NCBI GenBank assembly: GCA_964523705.1
Contig: CAZFYA010000004.1
Location: 1 to 59,406 of the forward strand
DNA length: 59,406 nucleotides
DNA from: an uncultured Gammaproteobacteria bacterium
Lineage (GTDB): Bacteria; Patescibacteriota; Microgenomatia; Levybacterales; UBA12049
Direction: 5' to 3'
Shown: positions 26,980 through 35,471 of the stretch, piece by piece
How positions within the stretch are numbered: the stretch's first letter is position 1
How the letters are laid out: every line of letters starts with the position of its first letter
The notes under the pieces: model-generated
The model's database searches: none
Seen by the model: only the letters and a program-made list of their open reading frames with translations
Told to the model about the DNA's origin: nothing
Program-made: the position numbers and the translations under genes

Positions 26980-27347
26980 GTTTTATTACCTATGTTTTCA
27001 TTTTGAGTGCTTGCTGGTTGATTAGTCAAGGGGGGAGTTTGAGTTTGTGGTGGTGTTGTTGGTTGGGTAGTGCCTGCTGCCGGAGTTGCAACTCCGTCGG
27101 GATAAATTGAAAGAAGCGGTTCCATGGTTTTTTTAACAATAAGACCTGATAATTGTACAAATTGATCAATAAGTCCCTGAATTAATTCTTGAGGGTGTCC
27201 TTGGATATCAGTTACTGTTCCATCATCACTAATGGTAAGACCGGGAACATTTCTTGCCTTAGCAAGGGTAATGCTTGGTCCTAAGATAATCATTTGTTTT
27301 TTAATAACGTCTGTTAATACTTTTTTGTAATCTGTATGTTGGTCCAT
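26976..27347 (-). CDS. Small soluble hypothetical protein in the two-component cluster
   Basis: YKKVLTDVIKKQMIILGP..LAKARNVPGL..L.DQFVQLSG helical domain plus Pro/Thr tail; tightly packed between response regulator and membrane protein. Confidence 0.7.
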   Translation of the reverse strand: MDQHTDYKKVLTDVIKKQMIILGPSITLAKARNVPGLTISDDGTVTDIQGHPQELIQGLIDQFVQLSGLIVKKTMEPLLSIYPDGVATPAAGTTQPTTPPQTQTPPLTNQPASTQNENIGNKT

Positions 27348-27348
27348 A

Positions 27349-27738
27349 TTAGGTTTGGTCTTCCTTTATTTCGTGTTTTTCAGTAATCTGTTTTATCTTC
27401 TCTATTATATCCGTTGGTTCAACCTGATATTTAAAAACATAATCAACTGCACCAAGTTCAAGCGCTTGGTTAACCAGCTCTTGCTGGCTAAAGTTTGACA
27501 ATATTAAAACAGGGATATTTCTTGCTTGCTCGTAAGCCTTTATTGCCTTTAAAACATCATTTCCTGAAATATCTGTTAATACCTGGTCAAGTAAGATTAT
27601 GTCAAATCCTCCTAATTTTGCCTTGTCAATCCCATCGGCTCCTGTGTGAGAGATGGTCGTTTGAAAGCCTGTCTTTTTAAAGGCAGTTTCTAAAACCGTT
27701 GTTAATGCCTCATCGTCATCTATTAGAAGTATTTTCAT
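27349..27738 (-). CDS. Single-domain response regulator (REC only)
   Basis: ILLIDDDE, DIILLDQVL (phospho-Asp), PVLILSN, GAVDYVFK. Confidence 0.93.
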   Translation of the reverse strand: MKILLIDDDEALTTVLETAFKKTGFQTTISHTGADGIDKAKLGGFDIILLDQVLTDISGNDVLKAIKAYEQARNIPVLILSNFSQQELVNQALELGAVDYVFKYQVEPTDIIEKIKQITEKHEIKEDQT

Positions 27739-27788
27739 AATATATATCTAATATTAACGCTAGCAAGATTTAAAAGAAATTGCAAGGC

Positions 27789-28208
27789 CTATTTCTTCTT
27801 TTTTGCCTTTTTTTTCTTAATAGGTTTGGCAATAGGATTAAGAGGAAGAAACACTTTTTCCCAGTCGGCAAACTTTGGTACTCTTGGATAGCGAAACTTA
27901 AACTTATTTGGGTATCTTAAACCCTGAAGAATTCCTCCGACAACGATTCCTTTAAAAATCATTGGGTAAGAGAATTTTTCGCTTAAGATAAAGGGGAGTA
28001 AGATAATTAAGGCTAAAACAAGCCAGTGGTGAAAATGATAAGTTTTGCTACCAATGTGAATCCTAAAGTTTGGTAAAAATTCAATGTTCCAAACGCCAAT
28101 TTTTGGTATTCTGTGTTTTTGTTTTTCAGGGTGAGAAAGATATAGGAAAAGAAAATAGCCAAAGGCTACTGAAAGAATAAAAGTAATAATCTCAAAAAAG
28201 GTTGGCAT
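27789..28208 (-). CDS. Hypothetical membrane protein
   Basis: Three hydrophobic segments, YHFHHW motif, basic tail. Confidence 0.6.
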   Translation of the reverse strand: MPTFFEIITFILSVAFGYFLFLYLSHPEKQKHRIPKIGVWNIEFLPNFRIHIGSKTYHFHHWLVLALIILLPFILSEKFSYPMIFKGIVVGGILQGLRYPNKFKFRYPRVPKFADWEKVFLPLNPIAKPIKKKKAKKKK

Positions 28209-28289
28209 TTGCTGTCAGATGTAATAATAAGTTATTTATACTAAAAATTCAATGTTTAAACTTAATAGATTATGCTAAAATGAAAACGT

Positions 28290-29918
28290 ATGGAAGTTAG
28301 AAAAGAAATAGAAAGCTTAATTAAAAAGGCACTTAAAAAATTAAATATTAAAGAAGAAAACTTCTTGGTTGAAAGGCCAAAAGATATAAAAAACGGAGAT
28401 TATTCAACAAATATTGCCTTAATTCTTGCTAAAAGGGAAAACAAAACCCCAAGAGAAATCGCAGAAGAAATTGTTAAAGCAATAGAAAAAAAGGAAATCT
28501 TTGAAAAAGTAGAAATTGTTAATGGATTTATTAATTTTTACCTTTCTAAAAATTACTTTCAAGACAAGATAGAAGAAATACTTAATAAAAAAGAAGATTT
28601 TGGAAAAATTAACATTGGAAAAGATAAGAAAGTAAGTATTGAATATGTTTCTGCTAATCCAACAGGTCCACTACACATTGGTAATGCAAGAGGAGGGCCA
28701 ATTGGAGATGTCTTAGCAAGTGTTTTTAAAAAAGCAGGTTATGGCGTTGAAAAAGAATACTTGCATAATGATGTTGGCGGACAAGTAAAAGAGCTTGGAA
28801 AAAGTATTTATTTTAACTTAAAACCTGATGAGAAAAACAAAGAGGAGGTCTATTATCAGGGAGAATACATCAAAGAACTAGCTTTAAAAGTAGCTCAAAA
28901 AGTCGATATTAATAAGGTTTCAAAAGAAGAATTTATCAAAAAGGCAGGGGAGATTGCAGTTGAGATAATGCTATCAGAAATTCTTATTGATACAAAAGCA
29001 ATGGGAATTAATTTTGATTCCATTAGAAAAGAATCCGATCTTAAAAAAGAAGCTCCAAAGGTTATTGAGAAGCTAAAGGATAAGGGTTTTATAAAGGAAA
29101 AAGATGGTGCCTTATGGTTTGCTCCCGCGTCAAACGCGGCTTCACTTGATGAATTTTTAAAGGATAGGGAAACAGTAGTTAGAAAATCTAATGGAGAATA
29201 TACATATTTTGCTTCAGATATTGCCTATCATAAGGAAAAATTTGAAAAAGGCAATGCTTTGGTTATTGATGTCTGGGGAAGTAATCATTCAGGACATGTG
29301 CCAAGGTTAAAAGCTTCAATTAAAGCACTAGGATTTAATCCTGAAAACTTTAAAGCTATTCTTTATCAGTTTGTCAGAGTAAAAAGAGGGGAGAGTGTCT
29401 TAAAGATGAGCAAAAGGGAGGGCAATTTTATTACTGCCAAAGAAGTAATAGATGAGGTTGGAAAAGATGCGTTTAGGTTTTTTATGTTAATGCACAAGAG
29501 CCAAACACATATGGATTTTGACTTGGAACTGGCAAAAAAAAGAGCCAGCGATAATCCAATCTTTTACGTTCAATATGCACATTCAAGAATTTGTAGTATC
29601 TTTAAAAAAGGAGAGAAAATAGATATTAGCAATCCTAATTATCAATTGCTAACAAGTAGCGAAGAGATTGATTTGATAAGGAATTTGTTAGAATTACCTG
29701 AATTAATAGAAGAGATTACTGTTTCTTTTGCAGTTAATTTGCTAACAGCATATGTAATTGATTTAGCCTCACTTTTTCATCATTTTTATGAAAAGCACAC
29801 AGTTATTTCAGAGGACATAGAGTTAACCAAAGCCAGACTAGCCTTACTTAAGGCAACTCAAATTGTTTTAAAAAACAGCTTAGACCTTCTTGGCGTTGCT
29901 GCTCCCTTAAGAATGTAG
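28290..29918 (+). CDS. argS: Arginine--tRNA ligase
   Basis: GDYSTNIA, SANPTGPLHIGNARG, YFASDIAYH, KMSKREG, YVQYAHSRI, DALR-type C-domain. Confidence 0.98.
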   Translation: MEVRKEIESLIKKALKKLNIKEENFLVERPKDIKNGDYSTNIALILAKRENKTPREIAEEIVKAIEKKEIFEKVEIVNGFINFYLSKNYFQDKIEEILNKKEDFGKINIGKDKKVSIEYVSANPTGPLHIGNARGGPIGDVLASVFKKAGYGVEKEYLHNDVGGQVKELGKSIYFNLKPDEKNKEEVYYQGEYIKELALKVAQKVDINKVSKEEFIKKAGEIAVEIMLSEILIDTKAMGINFDSIRKESDLKKEAPKVIEKLKDKGFIKEKDGALWFAPASNAASLDEFLKDRETVVRKSNGEYTYFASDIAYHKEKFEKGNALVIDVWGSNHSGHVPRLKASIKALGFNPENFKAILYQFVRVKRGESVLKMSKREGNFITAKEVIDEVGKDAFRFFMLMHKSQTHMDFDLELAKKRASDNPIFYVQYAHSRICSIFKKGEKIDISNPNYQLLTSSEEIDLIRNLLELPELIEEITVSFAVNLLTAYVIDLASLFHHFYEKHTVISEDIELTKARLALLKATQIVLKNSLDLLGVAAPLRM

Positions 29919-29959
29919 CTTTTATTGCATTTATAAAAATGCTAAAATAGGTTCTTGTT

Positions 29960-31234
29960 ATGAAACACAAAAGATTAGTTTTGGCAAACGGCCTTTCAGT
30001 TGTTACAGTTCCAATGAATTCCACTAAAAGCGCAACGGTTATGGTTATGGTTGGGGCAGGAAGTAGATATGAAACAAAGGAAAATAACGGTATTTCTCAC
30101 TTTCTTGAACACATGGCTTTTAAAGGTACTAAGAAAAGACCATCAGCCCTGCAAATTGCCAATGTAATTGATGGAGTTGGTGGTAAATGGAACGCTTTTA
30201 CAGACAGAGAAATAACTGCATTTTACATTAAATCAGCCTCGGAACACATAGAGCTTTCCCTAGATGTTTTATCAGACATGCTTTCAAATTCTTTACTTGA
30301 TCAAGGGGAAATAGACAAGGAAAAAGGAGTAATTCTTGAGGAGTTAAACATGTATGAGGATGCACCAATGCAAAAAATTGATGATTATTACAAAAATCTT
30401 TTATATAGCAACACACCAATGGGAAGAGATATTATTGGCTTAAAAGAAGTAATCAGGAGTATTAAAAGAGAAGACTTTGTTAAATATCTTAAAAATTTAT
30501 ACAGTCCAAGTAATATGACAGTTGTTATTGCCGGAGGAATTGACGATGAAAAAGCAGAGGAATTAGTTAAAAAATATTTTGGTAAAATGAAACCCTTTGA
30601 TACATTAAGATATAAAAAGGTAATTGAAAATCAGAAAAGACCTAGTCTTCTTCTTAAGCACAAAAAAACAGAACAAGTACATCTTGCACTAGGTTTTAGA
30701 ACAATTCCTTTAAAAAACAAAGAAAGATATGCCTTATCTTTATTATCAGTTATTTTAGGAGGAAACATGAGTAGCAGATTATTTCACGAGGTAAGAGAAA
30801 GAAGAGGACTTGCGTATTACATAAGAACTTATTCAACTCATCATTTGGATTGTGGAAGCTTGGTTTCTTATGCAGGACTTGATTCAACAAGAATTGATGA
30901 AGCTATTCAAGTAATCTTAGAAGAATATGGAAAAATTAAAGACGGGAAATTTACAATTACGAAGGAAGAATTAAAAAAAGCAAAGGATTTTGCCAAAGGA
31001 CATCTGGTTTTAGAGCTTGAAGACAGTCGCTCTGTTGCATCATTTTATGCCCAACAGGAAATATTGGAAAAAGAAATAAAAAATCCTGAAGAATCACTTA
31101 GAAGAATTGAAAAAGTAAGCTTAGATGAGGTAAAAGAAGTAGCTAAAAAGTATTTTATTGAAAAAGGATTAAACTTAGCAATTATTGGTAATTTTACCAG
31201 TAGACAAAAATTTGAAAACTTGCTAAAGTTATAA
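29960..31234 (+). CDS. M16 family zinc peptidase (pitrilysin-like)
   Basis: GISHFLEHMAFKGT (HxxEH), NAFT, EKGVILEE, SRLFHEVRERRGLAY. Confidence 0.95.
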   Translation: MKHKRLVLANGLSVVTVPMNSTKSATVMVMVGAGSRYETKENNGISHFLEHMAFKGTKKRPSALQIANVIDGVGGKWNAFTDREITAFYIKSASEHIELSLDVLSDMLSNSLLDQGEIDKEKGVILEELNMYEDAPMQKIDDYYKNLLYSNTPMGRDIIGLKEVIRSIKREDFVKYLKNLYSPSNMTVVIAGGIDDEKAEELVKKYFGKMKPFDTLRYKKVIENQKRPSLLLKHKKTEQVHLALGFRTIPLKNKERYALSLLSVILGGNMSSRLFHEVRERRGLAYYIRTYSTHHLDCGSLVSYAGLDSTRIDEAIQVILEEYGKIKDGKFTITKEELKKAKDFAKGHLVLELEDSRSVASFYAQQEILEKEIKNPEESLRRIEKVSLDEVKEVAKKYFIEKGLNLAIIGNFTSRQKFENLLKL

Positions 31235-31237
31235 CAA

Positions 31238-31810
31238 ATGGAGCAAACAGTTGTTTTAATTAAGCCCGACGGCGTAAAAAGAGGATTAATAGGGGAAATT
31301 ATTCACCGCTTTGAAAGAATGAATTTAAAAATTGTTGCCATGAAAATGGTAATAATGACTGACGATGTATTCCACAAACATTACGGAATAGATAAAGATA
31401 CAACAATTCAAAGACTAGGGAGTAAAACACTTGAAACTTATTCAAAATACGGAAAAGATGCTAAAAAGGACTTGGGAACCAATAGCCCAAAAGAGCTTGG
31501 TAAAATGGTTGTTGGTTGGCTAAAAGATTATGTTCAATCAGGACCGGTTGTTGCCATGCTTATTGAGGGGATGCATGCAGTTGATAATGTAAAAGCCTTA
31601 GCAGGTCCTACAATGCCCGTACAAGCTGCTCCCGGAACTATTAGAGGAGACTTTTCAACCGATTCTGCAGCTTATGCAAATGATCAAAAAAGAGGAGTCT
31701 CTAATTTAATTCATATATCGGGAAGTTTAGAAGAGGCTAATTTTGAAAAAACAATTTGGTTTACTCCCGAAGAGGTCCACGCATATAAAAGAGCAGAGGA
31801 ATACGTTTAA
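31238..31810 (+). CDS. ndk: Nucleoside diphosphate kinase
   Basis: EQTVVLIKPDGVKRGLIGEII.RFE, SGPVVAM, APGTIRGDF, NLIHISGS. Confidence 0.96.
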   Translation: MEQTVVLIKPDGVKRGLIGEIIHRFERMNLKIVAMKMVIMTDDVFHKHYGIDKDTTIQRLGSKTLETYSKYGKDAKKDLGTNSPKELGKMVVGWLKDYVQSGPVVAMLIEGMHAVDNVKALAGPTMPVQAAPGTIRGDFSTDSAAYANDQKRGVSNLIHISGSLEEANFEKTIWFTPEEVHAYKRAEEYV

Positions 31811-32667
31811 TTGCCGTTAAGCTTTAAAGGAAACCGTAAAACTTCAATACTTCTTAATTCATCAGGGGTAAAGATAACTCTTCTTAAGTAACTTTCAAGT
31901 CTTGGTAGTTTTTCACTTGCTCCGACTAAAACAAGTGTTCTGCCGTCTACATTTTCCCTGGTGTATTTCTGGTTCCTAATGGGATATTTTAGATGGCTAT
32001 AGTCTTGATAATGAGCTGAAAACCTTACAATTTGCAAAAGTGAACCTTTTTTATCAGGAGTATCATAAGTTTCTGATAAATATTCATATTCTGAAAATAT
32101 CTCAGGAAATCTCCAGGCTCCTCTCCAGCCAACCCCAATCATGAGAATGGGTTTTCCATTTGTTTGTCCAAACATTTTTTCTGCGATTTGAAAGTCTTCT
32201 TCTTCAAGCCTTGAGGGTAAAAACGCTAAATCCGGTTTTTCATGAACTCTGTAATTAAGCATTTTTCTAAGACGTGAATCTTTAGAACCTGAAGCATTAA
32301 CAACTTCTTTATATTCAGAAAGAAGGGCTAATGCTCTTTTACTATCACTTTGGTAACAGGCAATGGCAATATCTATAGCTAATTGTGAAGCATTAAAAGC
32401 AGCATCTTTTAACTTGTAATCTCTGTCAAACTCTATTTCAATTTGTTCGTTAAGAGAAAACTTTAACAAATCATAAGAGCGAAAAGCAGCAATTAATGGT
32501 GAAGATTTTTCATCACTCAATACTCTTTCAAGTTCAGAAATGTTTTGTTTAACATTGCCATCAAAGGGTACGTACTTTTCGACTTCTCCTATGTCAGTTT
32601 TGCGACTAAACAATTGTTGGTATTCTTGATGGGGAATTTTTTTAGGTGGAATCCTTTCAATTGACAT
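31807..32667 (-). CDS. Hypothetical protein, C-terminal half weakly PRTase-fold-like
   Basis: 286-aa ORF convergent with ndk; ILMIGVGWRG and VDGRTLVLVGAS recall type I phosphoribosyltransferase strands without the acidic pair. Confidence 0.5.
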   Translation of the reverse strand: MSIERIPPKKIPHQEYQQLFSRKTDIGEVEKYVPFDGNVKQNISELERVLSDEKSSPLIAAFRSYDLLKFSLNEQIEIEFDRDYKLKDAAFNASQLAIDIAIACYQSDSKRALALLSEYKEVVNASGSKDSRLRKMLNYRVHEKPDLAFLPSRLEEEDFQIAEKMFGQTNGKPILMIGVGWRGAWRFPEIFSEYEYLSETYDTPDKKGSLLQIVRFSAHYQDYSHLKYPIRNQKYTRENVDGRTLVLVGASEKLPRLESYLRRVIFTPDELRSIEVLRFPLKLNGN

Positions 32668-32701
32668 AGGGTAATTAATATATCAGTAAACAAAATACTT
32701 T

Positions 32702-33412
32702 TCAAGATTTATTTTTCACACGATTTATAATTTTTTCACTGGTTAGCTCTCTTAGGGCATCAGATGCTATCCAGCGAGCGGTTTTTGAGTCATTTTTTTT
32801 GAGTTCAGTTGCGGTTTTTACTGCAAGATTATATAGGTTTTCGTTTTTAAACTTGCCAAGATTTCTTAAAGCCCAGTTTACTGCCTTTCTAACGTAATTT
32901 CTATCATCCGTTGCTTCTCTTTTTATAATTTCAAAAAAAGAATAAAAGTTTTTATCAGGTGCATTTTTATCATGGACAATAAGTCCTGCCATTAATGAAA
33001 ATCCTGCCCTTTTTTCAAATTCTTTTTTTCTTTTACTCCACTCAATTGCCTTTTTATAGGCTAGGGGAGTTTTATCAAAAAGAGAAGTTGTTGCCTGATC
33101 ACAAATATCCCAGGAGTCAAAATCAGAAACCCATTTTTCCATTTGTTTTTCAGTTACGTTTATTGGGTCTTCAATAAAAACAGCTAAAAGCCTTGCCTCA
33201 TGAATACCTGTTTCCCAAAGCTTAAGCGATAGTTTGTGTAGTTCAACCGAGTTTGACGCGGCTTTTTTAATTTGTTTTGCCATTGGACGAAGAATTGTAA
33301 GGGGAATGCCTAATATTTTTGTCTTTGGAGTAATTCCAAATCTTTTCATACCTAAAACATTTTTTTTGTTTGAAAGAGAGTTTAGTTTTTTTAAGATCTC
33401 TTCAGTTTTCAT
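32702..33412 (-). CDS. DNA alkylation repair protein (AlkD-like HEAT-repeat glycosylase)
   Basis: LWETGIHEARLLA, DFDSWDICDQ, DDRNYVRKAVNWALRNLGK. Confidence 0.9.
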   Translation of the reverse strand: MKTEEILKKLNSLSNKKNVLGMKRFGITPKTKILGIPLTILRPMAKQIKKAASNSVELHKLSLKLWETGIHEARLLAVFIEDPINVTEKQMEKWVSDFDSWDICDQATTSLFDKTPLAYKKAIEWSKRKKEFEKRAGFSLMAGLIVHDKNAPDKNFYSFFEIIKREATDDRNYVRKAVNWALRNLGKFKNENLYNLAVKTATELKKNDSKTARWIASDALRELTSEKIINRVKNKS

Positions 33413-33430
33413 AAGTTATATTTTACCATG

Positions 33431-33467
33431 TCGGGGTGCTGGGAATTGAACCCAGTGTCTCACGGTC
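33431..33467 (-). pseudogene. 3' half of a split tRNA-Pro-like gene
   Basis: GA CCGTG AGACA CTGGG TTCAATT CCCAG CACCCCG A: anticodon-stem 3' strand, variable loop, T arm and acceptor 3' strand with A73. Confidence 0.75.
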
Positions 33468-33471
33468 TTTA

Positions 33472-33584
33472 CCCTGTTAAATTTGTCGGGGAGAAAGGGA
33501 TCGCACCTTCGACCTCACGGTCCCGAACCGTGCGTTCTGCTACTGAACTACTCCCCGTATTCAATATTTCCGGATTTAACAGGG
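33472..33584. repeat. 11-bp perfect inverted repeat CCCTGTTAAAT (33472-33482) / ATTTAACAGGG (33574-33584) enclosing tRNA-Pro(CGG)
   Basis: Read directly from the sequence. Confidence 0.9.
33486..33557 (-). tRNA. tRNA-Pro(CGG)
   Basis: CGGGGAG TA GTTC AGTAGCA GAAC G CACGG TT CGG GA CCGTG AGGTC GAAGG TGCGATC CCTTT CTCCCCG A; C1-G72 and A73 Pro identity. Confidence 0.92.
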
Positions 33585-33586
33585 CA

Positions 33587-33618
33587 GGCGATGCGTGATA
33601 CCGATTCACTACACCCCG
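33587..33618 (-). pseudogene. 5' half of a split tRNA-Pro-like gene
   Basis: CGGGGTG TA GTGA ATCGGTA TCAC G CATCG CC; the acceptor strand pairs perfectly (7 bp) with CACCCCG of the 33431-33467 half, but not with the inner tRNA. Confidence 0.75.
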
Positions 33619-33625
33619 CTCACTG

Positions 33626-33654
33626 ATTATATTCCAGATTGTTTGATTTTTAAA
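33626..33654 (-). promoter_or_regulatory. Promoter for the nested tRNA locus
   Basis: TTTAAA-N17-TATAAT with the -10 box ending 7 nt before C1 of the outer 5' half. Confidence 0.55.
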
Positions 33655-33679
33655 GCAAAATGTATTATCATTCCAAAAA

Positions 33680-33997
33680 ATGACAAGATATTTTACTTTT
33701 CTTGTGATATTTTTTATCCTTCCAACTGTATTTTTGTGGCTTTTTTACCTTAAAACACTTAAAAAATATATTTTAGTATTTTTACTAACAATTTTTTGTA
33801 CATTTGTTTTTGGCATGCCCTGGGATTTATTATCTGTTCGAAATGGAGTTTGGGGTTATGACTTAATCCCAAATATTGGAATTTGGCTTTTTGGAGGTCC
33901 TAAAAATGGTCTTCCTTTTGAAGAAGTAATTTTTACCCTTTTTACACCTCTTTTAATAGCGTCTTTAACAGTGGTTTTAAAAGAAAAACTTAATTAA
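33680..33997 (+). CDS. Lycopene-cyclase-domain membrane protein (CrtYc/Yd-like)
   Basis: Three TMs; PWDLLSVRNGVWGY, GLPFEEVIF (PxEE motif). Confidence 0.7.
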   Translation: MTRYFTFLVIFFILPTVFLWLFYLKTLKKYILVFLLTIFCTFVFGMPWDLLSVRNGVWGYDLIPNIGIWLFGGPKNGLPFEEVIFTLFTPLLIASLTVVLKEKLN

Positions 33998-33998
33998 T

Positions 33999-34325
33999 AT
34001 GTTTGAAAAATATACTTATCTTTTATACACATTATTTTTTACTTTTCCTTTAATTCTGGTATTAATAATTGCTAATTTTAAGCTTCTTAAAAAGAATCTT
34101 AAACCAATTCTGTTAACAACTGTTTTTATTACTGTTTTTTACGGTATGTTTTCTTGGCAAATAGCGCTTGAAAACAGACTATGGTGGTATGGAGACGATA
34201 GGATTTTAGGAATTACTCTTCTGGGGACAGTAATAGAGGATATAATCTGGTGGTTTTTAATTAGTTTTTTAATTTCTTTTTTTACAATAGTAGCAGTTAA
34301 GAGAGTAGAAAGATTTAAAAAATAG
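33999..34325 (+). CDS. Second lycopene-cyclase-domain membrane protein
   Basis: Three TMs; LWWYGDDRILGITLLGTVIEDIIWW; 1 bp from the previous gene. Confidence 0.62.
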   Translation: MFEKYTYLLYTLFFTFPLILVLIIANFKLLKKNLKPILLTTVFITVFYGMFSWQIALENRLWWYGDDRILGITLLGTVIEDIIWWFLISFLISFFTIVAVKRVERFKK

Positions 34326-34336
34326 TCTACAAAAAG

Positions 34337-34409
34337 TACCCTTGAGAGGAATTGAACCTCCAACCTTTCCCTTAGGACGGGACTGCTCTATCCGTTGAGC
34401 TACAAGGGC
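34337..34409 (-). tRNA. tRNA-Arg(CCT)
   Basis: GCCCTTG TA GCTC AACGGATA GAGC A GTCCC GT CCT AA GGGAA AGGTT GGAGG TTCAATT CCTCT CAAGGGT A. Confidence 0.92.
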
Positions 34410-34454
34410 GTAATTTAATTGTATTCTAGCATAAAAGTAAGTAGAATTATATTA

Positions 34455-35159
34455 ATGACCAGGTCTGAAATTATTAAATTTTTAATTTTAAGAACAGTTG
34501 GTAATTTTTTGCTTATATTTGCTCTTTTTGGGGTTTTTGCCACTTTTGGTCCAATACTGTATTACGAAGCAACATATCGGATTATTGAATTTAAAGGAAT
34601 TACATATAAAGCACCATCCACCCCCGAGCTTTTGGAAAAAGAAAATCCGGGTAGAACAGTTATTGAGGGTGGGGGATTAAATGGTGTTTTTGCAAATGCT
34701 AAAGAGCAAATTTTGATACCAAAAGATACAGAGTTTGGTATTTTGATACCAAAAATTGGGGCAAATGCTAAAGTTTATGCCAACGTAGATTCTTCTAATC
34801 AGAATAACTTTTTACCAATCCTTAAACATGGAGTTGCTCATGCCTTAGGAACTGTTTTTCCGGGAATGAGTGGCAATATTTATTTATTTGCCCATTCAAC
34901 TGATAATTTCTGGAACGTTGGTAGATACAATGCCATATTTTATCTTTTAAAAAACCTTACACCAGGGGATGAAATCGTTATTTTCTACCAAAATAAAAGA
35001 TTTGATTATAGAGTAGTTGAAACAAGGGTTGTAGAAGCTTCAGACGTCTCATATATAACCAAAAGCCAGGAGGGACAACAAGAAACCTTAATTCTTCAAA
35101 CTTGTTGGCCTCCGGGAACTACTTGGAAGAGGCTTTTGGTAATTGCCACACCCAAATAG
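34455..35159 (+). CDS. Sortase
   Basis: N-terminal TM; ILIPKIG, YLFAHS (His), LILQTCWPPGTTWKRL (Cys, Arg); likely ATG 34455. Confidence 0.9.
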   Translation: MTRSEIIKFLILRTVGNFLLIFALFGVFATFGPILYYEATYRIIEFKGITYKAPSTPELLEKENPGRTVIEGGGLNGVFANAKEQILIPKDTEFGILIPKIGANAKVYANVDSSNQNNFLPILKHGVAHALGTVFPGMSGNIYLFAHSTDNFWNVGRYNAIFYLLKNLTPGDEIVIFYQNKRFDYRVVETRVVEASDVSYITKSQEGQQETLILQTCWPPGTTWKRLLVIATPK

Positions 35160-35201
35160 CCCCTGGTCTAAAAAATAATCATATGTTATAATCCCTTTTT
35201 T

Positions 35202-35471
35202 ATGGCGTCAAAAAAAATAGAAAATATACCAATAAATGAGTTAATAGAAAAAGGCGTAGAAAGAGTTGTTTTGTTTAAAGGCGACAGGCATGCTCTTCTT
35301 ACTAAAAAAGCACCCCCCGATGGTCAAGTAAAATTTTGGGAAAAAGTTCAAAGACAAGCCGGAGAAGAGTTATACGATGATTTTACAGAATATTTAGAGT
35401 CATTGCCATTAACAGAGGAACAAGATTCTTCTTTTTTATCAGATCCGAAAACAGATACTACTTCAGACTAA
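35202..35471 (+). CDS. Hypothetical small protein
   Basis: 89-aa ATG ORF preceded by TATAAT; no recognised motif. Confidence 0.5.
   Translation: MASKKIENIPINELIEKGVERVVLFKGDRHALLTKKAPPDGQVKFWEKVQRQAGEELYDDFTEYLESLPLTEEQDSSFLSDPKTDTTSD

Noticed and set aside
33468-33586. Group I/II intron or canonical bulge-helix-bulge intron in the outer tRNA
   Set aside because: The insert is ~120 nt and mostly an intact tRNA. No catalytic core or clean BHB is visible, and no splice restores a Pro anticodon.
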